Sequence record: MW879341.1 | DNA: 64,000 nucleotides | Reading direction: 5' to 3' (one strand) | In this document: positions 57,364 to 64,000 of the stretch, one piece after another | Layout: every line of letters starts with the position of its first letter | Position numbering within the stretch: position 1 is the stretch's first letter | Notes under the pieces: generated by a model | Told to the model about the DNA's origin: nothing | What the model saw: the letters and a program-made list of their open reading frames with translations, nothing else | Database searches by the model: none | Made by a program: the position numbers and the translations under genes

Positions 57364-57553
57364 GAAACGTGCGGATAAACGCATCCCGATGAGGTTCCGT
57401 GGTAGACGGAAATACATCGAACTCGTTAGACAGACATACCTGGTCAACGTTGTTGCTGAGTTGACAGACGCCAGTCGTCCGGTGGATTGGGAAAGTATTA
57501 TCTCACCGCCAGTACTGTTCGCTCCAGCGGGACCACACCACCACCCCTACTGA
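57341..57553 (+). CDS. small basic hypothetical protein
   Basis: AGGAGG RBS before GTG 57341. Confidence 0.55.
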   Translation: MGQKRLDKKRADKRIPMRFRGRRKYIELVRQTYLVNVVAELTDASRPVDWESIISPPVLFAPAGPHHHPY

Positions 57554-57609
57554 CATACTGACGGCCCTACTCTGGGTAATTGTGTGGATAAACTACAGGA
57601 GTAATAATC

Positions 57610-58122
57610 GTGAGTTTAATGTTTCATCAACTCTACCCAGAGATTCGTGACCTGATGGTTGAAGAGATCGAGAATGACATACGTCGTCGAGGTCTCTACT
57701 ACAGTCGTCGTCTTTCTGCTAACGGGTTTAATCTTTGGCCTGACGTGTTGTTAGACGCTGCTTATGGTGGTGATGACGAAACCCTTACCCAAACACTACT
57801 GGACAGACAAATGCTGATCACAACCGGCACTGCTGTTGATGGTAGAGTATTGGGACACGGGTACGCTCAGACACTCGCAGAAGGGGAATTTAATCGCTAC
57901 TACATTCGCGGCATTTGTGCTGCTGCTGTGGAAGGCGATATTCCCTTTGTCACTGTGTATCGTGCTAAACGTGCGTGGGCACCACGACCAGAGTCTGACG
58001 CTATGTTAGGGAGTCGCATTGACTCTCTTTCATTATTAAACGATCTGCGCAATAACGTAGGGCGGGAAACGCAATACGGTATACCCAATGGTCCAAACAG
58101 TGGTTTAACTGTGGAATACTAA
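57610..58122 (+). CDS. conserved hypothetical protein of a family recalled from bacteria
   Basis: LYYSRRL, LAEGEFNRYYIRG, VYRAK, GPNSGL motifs; AGGAG RBS. Confidence 0.75.
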   Translation: MSLMFHQLYPEIRDLMVEEIENDIRRRGLYYSRRLSANGFNLWPDVLLDAAYGGDDETLTQTLLDRQMLITTGTAVDGRVLGHGYAQTLAEGEFNRYYIRGICAAAVEGDIPFVTVYRAKRAWAPRPESDAMLGSRIDSLSLLNDLRNNVGRETQYGIPNGPNSGLTVEY

Positions 58123-58123
58123 A

Positions 58124-58639
58124 ATGTTACTCACTACTGATGACTATGTCTTCTTCTATTATGGGGACGACGTTTACAGTAACTTCTATCGTCAGAAGTT
58201 TGAAATGGCAGGACAAACGTTCTTCTGTTCCGAACAGGCGATGATGTACTGTAAGGCTATGTTCTTCCGTGATTACGCGACGGCTGCTAAAATCATGGCA
58301 GTCAATCCCGATACACGTCGTGCACCCTTCGACTGTAAGATGTTAGGTCGTGAGGTTACGCCGTACAATGACGAGCAGTGGGCGTCTGTTCGGTACGATG
58401 TGATGTGTAAGATCGTGTTGGCTAAATTCAGTTCTACAGATGAAATGCGTTGGCATCTCGTCAGGACTGGAAACCGTGTGTTGGTAGAAGCAAGCCCTAC
58501 TGATGTTATCTGGGGCGTTGGTATGGACGTAGATCACCCAGACATCCTAGACTCAACCTGTTGGCGCGGATTGAACCTTTTAGGTAATGCGTTAATGTGG
58601 GCTAGAGACCGTCTGGTTGACGAAAAGCGACTACCTTAG
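58124..58639 (+). CDS. NADAR (YbiA-like) family hydrolase
   Basis: SNFY, SEQAMMYxKA, KxLGR, LVEASPxDxxWGxG, GxNLLGxALM. Confidence 0.92.
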   Translation: MLLTTDDYVFFYYGDDVYSNFYRQKFEMAGQTFFCSEQAMMYCKAMFFRDYATAAKIMAVNPDTRRAPFDCKMLGREVTPYNDEQWASVRYDVMCKIVLAKFSSTDEMRWHLVRTGNRVLVEASPTDVIWGVGMDVDHPDILDSTCWRGLNLLGNALMWARDRLVDEKRLP

Positions 58640-58650
58640 TGCTTTAGTCC

Positions 58651-58687
58651 GTTTCATTAAATTTTCAGATATATACTACCTTTGTGA
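58651..58687 (+). promoter_or_regulatory. early-promoter-like conserved motif
   Basis: GTTTCATTAAATTTTCAGATATATACTACCTTTGTGA, 35/37 identical to 1128..1164. Confidence 0.7.
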
Positions 58688-58732
58688 TTTAAGTAAGATA
58701 ATCCAATCAATTAACTCATTAAGGAAGTCACT

Positions 58733-58945
58733 ATGTCTACTACTAACAACGAAAACACCGCTGCAAACGAAGCTAAAGCAACTGCTAAAAGCTGGATGGC
58801 TAACCCATGGGTCAAATGGGGTCTGGTAGCCACAGCAGTGGTGGTAGTCACCGCAGTCGCTGTACCACTCATCCGTAAAGTGAGTGAGCCTCTGGCAGAC
58901 GAGATCGTAGAGATCGCCAAAGAGCACAGCGAACCAGAAGCATAA
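58733..58945 (+). CDS. 70-aa single-TM protein with an acidic tail
   Basis: WVKWGLVATAVVVVTAVAVPLIRK; AAGGA RBS. Confidence 0.75.
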   Translation: MSTTNNENTAANEAKATAKSWMANPWVKWGLVATAVVVVTAVAVPLIRKVSEPLADEIVEIAKEHSEPEA

Positions 58946-58986
58946 GTGAAGTAAAGGTGGGAGTAGAACTCCCACCTGTTATGCCC
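58940..58986 (+). terminator. hairpin with GCATAA/TTATGC arms
   Basis: GCATAA...AGGTGGGAG-TAGAA-CTCCCACCT-GTTATGC. Confidence 0.65.
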
Positions 58987-59033
58987 GTAGTACAAAAACA
59001 CATTCAATCATTTTACTATTAAGGAATACCATT

Positions 59034-59561
59034 ATGTCAAACATTACTCTGAAACTGATCACTGCAAACATCAACATCGCTGTAAACGGTAATGCTGGTT
59101 CCATCAGTGTCCTTGACGCTAACGGTAACGTTACCAGTGCTGTACCGATCATCAACCATCGCCCATACGACCAAGATCGTAAAGCGCTGGTGCGTGCTCT
59201 GTATGTACAGTCCTTCAACAGTGAGTTGGTGTTAGACGATGCAGATCGTGAACTGTATCGTAAGCTGGCTCTGAAGTTAGCTTCTGAAGTTAAAGACGCT
59301 GACAACGATTTCTACGTTGGTGAGTACTGCGAAGTTCGTGAAAACAATAACGGCATTATCGGCTGGGTTGACGTTAGTCGTCAGGGTGATAAAGTCGTTA
59401 GCATTGGTGTTGGCATGGAACTGGGTACAGACTCATGGACTCATCACTACGATGTGTCTAACGGTCCAGTACCTTTCAACGCACCACTGTATACCGATAG
59501 CGAGTTCTTATCGTTCATGGGTAAAGTGACTAACTACGCAATCGCTAACCAGATGTTTTAA
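59034..59561 (+). CDS. hypothetical protein
   Basis: 175 aa, AAGGA RBS. Confidence 0.75.
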   Translation: MSNITLKLITANINIAVNGNAGSISVLDANGNVTSAVPIINHRPYDQDRKALVRALYVQSFNSELVLDDADRELYRKLALKLASEVKDADNDFYVGEYCEVRENNNGIIGWVDVSRQGDKVVSIGVGMELGTDSWTHHYDVSNGPVPFNAPLYTDSEFLSFMGKVTNYAIANQMF

Positions 59562-59564
59562 TAT

Positions 59565-59606
59565 GACGGGACCTTCGGGTCCCGTTGTCCCCATGTTTCT
59601 TTTTTG
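59565..59606 (+). terminator. UUCG hairpin terminator
   Basis: GACGGGACC-TTCG-GGTCCCGTT, T-run downstream. Confidence 0.65.
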
Positions 59607-59658
59607 TAAAAAACTACAGGATGCCCCAATCTAATGTCTATCACTAAGGAGTACGAGA

Positions 59659-60018
59659 ATGAGCACAGAACTGTTAGTCGTCAGTACTATTACAGCATAC
59701 CACCTCCGCCCTGAGAATGTGGCCAAATGGCTAAAGGCTGAGTGTCTGGTCAACCATCCAGCAAACAGTTTGATTGATGCAGTTACCTGGTCGTCAAACG
59801 AACGCACGCAGGTCGTTCACTGTGAGGTCATTCTGAAGAACGGTCACATCTTGACCGCTGTCTCTCGTCCAATCGATCCAAAAGACTACCTGTTACAAAC
59901 CGGTCTGTCTGCATCATTCCGTAACGCTCGTGATGAGTTCTTTAAATATGCGGCCTTCATGGCCAAAGAGACCAACAACCCTCACTATTTAAAAGATCTC
60001 CCTAAAAACGCTGAGTAG
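59659..60018 (+). CDS. Gp49-like (Phage_gp49_66-type) protein, candidate nucleotide-signal sponge
   Basis: HCEVILKNGHILTAVSRPIDPKDY...G...A..NA matches the CxxxLxNGxxxxGxSxxxDPxxF...G...A..NA pattern. Confidence 0.6.
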   Translation: MSTELLVVSTITAYHLRPENVAKWLKAECLVNHPANSLIDAVTWSSNERTQVVHCEVILKNGHILTAVSRPIDPKDYLLQTGLSASFRNARDEFFKYAAFMAKETNNPHYLKDLPKNAE

Positions 60019-60023
60019 CAATT

Positions 60024-62027
60024 ATGATTCGTGATTACTACGACGAACTACAAAATCGTCTAAAGGGTTACAACACTCTTTACCATAACGGTGAATCTAC
60101 CGTCAGTGATGCCACGTATGACTCGTTAATGCGTACGTTGATCTCACTGGAAGCAGAGCACCCGGAATGGGTAACGCCGGAGAGCATGACGCAACTTGTG
60201 TCTGTTCGTGAAGCAGGTGATGACAAAATCCCACATATGTCCAAGATGTATAGTCTGGATAATATCTTCGATGAGGCAGAGCTAGTTAAGTGGTTGGCTT
60301 CTAAGAAGGGTGTGTTGACGCCTAATGCTCTCTGTACGTTAGAGTGGAAGATGGATGGGTTAGCCATTAACTTGATCTATCGCAACGGTGTTCTGGAAAC
60401 AGCGAGCACTCGTGGGGACGGTGAGGTAGGAAAGGACGTTACTCGCAATGCTGGTAATGTCATTGGTATTCCGTTGAAACTCAATATGGATAAACCGCCT
60501 GAGTTGTTAGAAGTACGTGGTGAGGTGTACATGCCTCGCCCTATCTTTGAAGCACTCAGAGAGAAAGCATTCCAACCTGGTATGGCTGGGATGTTCTTCA
60601 CCAACCCTCGTAATGCAGCGGCTGGCAGTCTGAGACTGAAAGATCCAGCAGCGGTGTTAGAACGTGGACTCGTCTTCAATGCCTACGGTGTGGGTACAGG
60701 ACGTGAAAATGTTCCAGCTAACTTCCAACACGAGATCTACTATTGGCTGAACCAGGTAGGTTTTGCAGTGTCGGCAGGGGTGGTGACAGTACCACTCAAA
60801 CTTGAAAGCATCATGCAACAGTATAACTCGCTGATTGCTGAGCGTGATCGCTTAGAGTTAGAAATTGATGGTATGGTTATCAAGGTATCTAACCTGAGGG
60901 CTCAAGACGACTTGGGCTTTACAAGTCGGGCACCTAAGTGGGCCATTGCCTTCAAGTTCCCAGCCGAAGAACGTGAAACCGTCATGCAGCACATTGACTA
61001 TCAGGTTGGTCGAACTGGTGTGATAACACCGGTAGCCGTCTTCGAACCTGTATCGTTGTCTGGTGCTATGGTCAGTGCAGCCACACTTCACAATGAGGAG
61101 CACATTCGTAAACTGGATCTGTGGTGGGGCGACACTGTTGTAGTAAGACGCAGTGGTGACGTAATCCCGCAGATACTGTACGCAATACCATCCTTCCGTC
61201 AACCAGATGCTAAACCGTTTGTGTTCCCCACTGAGTGTCCTGAGTGTGGTAACAAGTTGGTGAAGGTTGAAGGTGAAGCCGCTGTTCGTTGTCCAGCTAC
61301 AACTACGTGTCATGCTCAAGTGTTGGCAGGATTAGAACACTTCGTATCTCGTGGTGGCATGAGTATCGACGGTCTGGCCTATGCTACCCTCGCCACACTG
61401 ACTGACTGTGAGTTAGTAAAAGGTGTTGAGGATATCTATAAGCTCACGAAAGAGCAAATGGTTAGTGTAGCAGGACTGGGTGATAAGGTAGCGGATAACT
61501 TGGTTCGTTCTATTGAGCGCTCTAAGGCTGTACCGTTGGCGAAGTTTATCTATGCACTGGGTATTCCAGGTGTGGGTGAAGGAACCTCACTGCGCTTAGC
61601 AAAAGTGTACGATGACGTATTTACACTGATGCAGGCCAGTAGCGACGACTTAGCTAAAATACCAGACATCGGTGAGATGACTGCTGATGCTATATCAGAC
61701 TGGTCTCTCGTAGAGGGTAATGTGTCAATGATCCACGAACTTATTGGTTCTGGTATCCGACCCATCCCGCTTCCTAAACCGACTGTCACGGTTGGACCGT
61801 TTGTAGGTAAGGCTGTATGTATCACTGGTAGTTTCGCGGGTTACAAACGCGACGAACTGAAAGAGATCATCCGTATGTTGGGTGGTAAAGCGGTAAGTAG
61901 CGTGTCGGCTAAAACTGACTTGCTGATTGCTGGTGAAAATGCTGGCACTAAGCGTGAAGACGCTGAACGCCTGAAGATTGAAATCATTGACGAAGCGGAA
62001 TTTGTCCGTCGTCTCGAAGCCAAATAA
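60024..62027 (+). CDS. ligA: NAD+-dependent DNA ligase
   Basis: YH...VSDxxYD, KMYSLDN, EWKMDG, EVRGE, NPRNAAAGSL, Cys4 zinc finger, HhH repeats, BRCT (CITGSF). Confidence 0.96.
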   Translation: MIRDYYDELQNRLKGYNTLYHNGESTVSDATYDSLMRTLISLEAEHPEWVTPESMTQLVSVREAGDDKIPHMSKMYSLDNIFDEAELVKWLASKKGVLTPNALCTLEWKMDGLAINLIYRNGVLETASTRGDGEVGKDVTRNAGNVIGIPLKLNMDKPPELLEVRGEVYMPRPIFEALREKAFQPGMAGMFFTNPRNAAAGSLRLKDPAAVLERGLVFNAYGVGTGRENVPANFQHEIYYWLNQVGFAVSAGVVTVPLKLESIMQQYNSLIAERDRLELEIDGMVIKVSNLRAQDDLGFTSRAPKWAIAFKFPAEERETVMQHIDYQVGRTGVITPVAVFEPVSLSGAMVSAATLHNEEHIRKLDLWWGDTVVVRRSGDVIPQILYAIPSFRQPDAKPFVFPTECPECGNKLVKVEGEAAVRCPATTTCHAQVLAGLEHFVSRGGMSIDGLAYATLATLTDCELVKGVEDIYKLTKEQMVSVAGLGDKVADNLVRSIERSKAVPLAKFIYALGIPGVGEGTSLRLAKVYDDVFTLMQASSDDLAKIPDIGEMTADAISDWSLVEGNVSMIHELIGSGIRPIPLPKPTVTVGPFVGKAVCITGSFAGYKRDELKEIIRMLGGKAVSSVSAKTDLLIAGENAGTKREDAERLKIEIIDEAEFVRRLEAK

Positions 62028-62038
62028 AGGAAAACGTA

Positions 62039-62365
62039 ATGAAAATCTCTATCAAAGAAACTCTGAAATCTCTGCTGCTGAAAGAAGGTCAGGAATCTGG
62101 CGTTGACTTCGCAGGTACCACTGTCGAAACCACCGTTACCGAAATCAAAGCAGGTGTGGCTTCCCTGTCTGGTATCGACGGCGTGACTGTGCCGGGTAAA
62201 GTGAGCTACTCAGACGGCGAATCTCCACTGACCGTGGGCGACGTACTGAAGATCCAACTGGACACTGGTCTGGTTGCTGAGCGCACTGTGGTTAAAGCGC
62301 CAACTGACCGCAAACGTAACGGCACCGGTAGCCCAGACTACAGCATGAAATCTCAGGGTATCTAA
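62039..62365 (+). CDS. hypothetical beta-rich protein
   Basis: 108 aa, AAGGA RBS. Confidence 0.7.
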   Translation: MKISIKETLKSLLLKEGQESGVDFAGTTVETTVTEIKAGVASLSGIDGVTVPGKVSYSDGESPLTVGDVLKIQLDTGLVAERTVVKAPTDRKRNGTGSPDYSMKSQGI

Positions 62366-62379
62366 ACCCAAAACCTTCA

Positions 62380-62405
62380 GGAGGACTTCGGTCCTCCTTT
62401 TATGA
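62380..62405 (+). terminator. GGAGGAC-TTCG-GTCCTCC hairpin, copy 3
   Basis: Followed by TTTTATG. Confidence 0.75.
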
Positions 62406-62425
62406 CGTCTTTAAGGAATTGAGCT

Positions 62426-62923
62426 ATGACAACGATTGTGTATCGTGATGGTGTACTGGCAGCAGACTGTCAGATGTTGGTAGCTGGGGACAGCGCTAAC
62501 CGTTACTACTTCAAGGGCACTAAGATCTACCGCCCCGCTTGTAAAACGCTCGTGTATGCTTCCACGGGTATGAACTATGATGCCACTACGCAGGCACTGT
62601 TAACCAACGCGCTGAAGATGGGTATTGCCGAATTAGCCGCCGACGGAATCACCCCACGCGTACGTAAACTGATTTATGAACTGTTTACCAAAGAGACCAT
62701 TGTCTGTACCAAGACAAAGGTTTACCACATTCGCAAAGGCGATATGGTTGAACTGTCCCCTGAGATTCCGTGGTTAACTGTAGGGTCCGGTACGTGCTTC
62801 TCAGGACTGGCCTTACAGAAAGGTTTAAACGCTAAAGCCTCCGTTGAGTTCGCAAACAAAATGGACGTACTCTCTGGCTTCGGTGTAGAAACTGTACTTT
62901 TAAATAAACTGCGTAAATCATAA
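62426..62923 (+). CDS. Ntn-hydrolase, HslV/proteasome beta-like peptidase
   Basis: N-terminal MTT nucleophile, GVLAAD, GSG motif, C-terminal AxxxD..SG. Confidence 0.75.
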   Translation: MTTIVYRDGVLAADCQMLVAGDSANRYYFKGTKIYRPACKTLVYASTGMNYDATTQALLTNALKMGIAELAADGITPRVRKLIYELFTKETIVCTKTKVYHIRKGDMVELSPEIPWLTVGSGTCFSGLALQKGLNAKASVEFANKMDVLSGFGVETVLLNKLRKS

Positions 62924-62935
62924 GGACTAACAGCT

Positions 62936-63439
62936 ATGTCAAACTTCTATCTGTTTAAAGGTAACAAGATCGCCATCACAATGGGCGGTTGTCGTTCCAA
63001 TGGTCTGTTTGCTCCAACTAACATCGAAAATCTGATTACCGCGCACGGTTTATTAATCCCGGTGTCTTCTAGCTTTATGAACGTATTGGACATGTTGGAA
63101 GACACAACCCCCGCTCCTGCCCGTGCTGTAGACAGTTGGTGCTGTAGCATCCTCGACTATGAAGGCGTGCTGCGTGACTTTTACGTCGATTCAAGTGACG
63201 GGGAGTCCACCATTAAATACGAGCGTCAGATGACAGGTCCTGGTTGTACCGGTGCGCGTTCACGCTGGTTAGAGGTAGAGGAGCGTGCTATGGCCTCATT
63301 GGCTCTCTGTGAGACTGTGGAAGAAGCGCTGGACCTGATCGTGCAACATAACGGCTACAAGCGTGAGTGGTATAAGATCTTCGAAATTCCTGAACTGTTG
63401 AAAATGATGGGAGCTAGCAAAGGTGAAAGTCGAACATAA
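62936..63439 (+). CDS. hypothetical protein, possibly an inactive Ntn-fold partner
   Basis: Same size as the upstream gene, similar strand and late-helix pattern (TVEEALDL), no N-terminal Thr. Confidence 0.5.
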   Translation: MSNFYLFKGNKIAITMGGCRSNGLFAPTNIENLITAHGLLIPVSSSFMNVLDMLEDTTPAPARAVDSWCCSILDYEGVLRDFYVDSSDGESTIKYERQMTGPGCTGARSRWLEVEERAMASLALCETVEEALDLIVQHNGYKREWYKIFEIPELLKMMGASKGESRT

Positions 63440-63893
63440 GGCACTACTCTACGTACCACACGATGACCCACGATCAGTTACCCCTGTGGTTGTGGTTGGG
63501 CAAGTGGGTGACCACTGGTTTAAAGTTGCTATGTGTGGTGAGTTTATTACCGTACATGAAACTGAACTACACAAAGACTACGTGCCTGAAGAAGTCGTTG
63601 AAGAATCAATGTTGTTGTTAGACATTCCAGAAATGGCTGGCTTGCAGATGAGTCGCGACGGATTTATCAAGATGACTATTGACGGTAGTCCGCGAGTGTT
63701 CAACATTCGTGATGTCTATGACCTGACGCTCGATCGCGACGACGAGTACCCAGACCAGTGGCGTGTTAAGATGTCATGTGCGGCGCACAGTAACTGGGTA
63801 CGTTCTAAGTCGCAACAGACTATGATTGCGGTATACGGCACTCTCATTCAAGCTCGTGATTATTTCACTGGCTTCTCTAAAACTCTCCTCTGA
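63423..63893 (+). CDS. hypothetical protein
   Basis: 156 aa, AAGG RBS, GTG start. Confidence 0.7.
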   Translation: MKVEHKALLYVPHDDPRSVTPVVVVGQVGDHWFKVAMCGEFITVHETELHKDYVPEEVVEESMLLLDIPEMAGLQMSRDGFIKMTIDGSPRVFNIRDVYDLTLDRDDEYPDQWRVKMSCAAHSNWVRSKSQQTMIAVYGTLIQARDYFTGFSKTLL

Positions 63894-63907
63894 CAAGGGT
63901 TACTTAA

Positions 63908-64000
63908 ATGTTCCGCAAAGGCAATTTCCGTTTTGGTATCTACACCTTCAACGACGACCATGGTTATTCATGGTTGGTGATTGGCTTACTGGCTCTACAG
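63908..64000 (+). CDS. 5' end of a gene running off the right edge
   Basis: ATG 63908 open to the window end; AAGGG upstream. Confidence 0.5.
   Translation, partial: MFRKGNFRFGIYTFNDDHGYSWLVIGLLALQ

Noticed and set aside
1-64000. CRISPR array, tRNA genes, retron/DGR reverse transcriptase, transposase, intron or intein
   Set aside because: I saw no regularly spaced repeats, cloverleafs or RT/transposase motifs. Intergenic gaps are short and explained by hairpins and promoters, and terminase, ligase, helicase and ThyA are of normal length. tRNAscan-SE and Infernal runs would confirm.

Overview
The window is a 64-kb segment of a phiKZ-related jumbo phage, probably a nucleus-forming Chimalliviridae member. 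An enterobacterial host is inferred from codon style; chimallin and RNA polymerase genes are not in this window. The left part holds a conserved morphogenesis block: tail tube and sheath on the minus strand, then three virion proteins and the large terminase. Further core genes (PhuZ tubulin, a processed head protein, a lytic transglycosylase and a SNF2-type helicase) are interspersed with mostly plus-strand accessory blocks. Several of these blocks start at a recurrent AT-rich early-promoter-like motif and end at GC-rich hairpins that often carry GCATAA/TTATGC arms. The right half is rich in host-manipulation genes: SspB-like, MazG-like, a PDE-like HD protein, a QueC-like gene broken by an in-frame TAG, a BCS1-like AAA ATPase followed by exported proteins, a Ser/Thr phosphatase, ThyA and a LemA/TPM-like membrane pair. 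From about 52.5 to 63.5 kb lies an apparent NAD+/nucleotide-signal counter-defence island: a PRPP-synthetase-like plus NAMPT-like pair (NARP1 type), GNAT, NADAR, a Gp49-like candidate sponge, NAD+-dependent ligase and a proteasome/HslV-like pair. No tRNA, rRNA, CRISPR array or mobile element was seen. All family calls come from reading motifs by eye; no database search was run.
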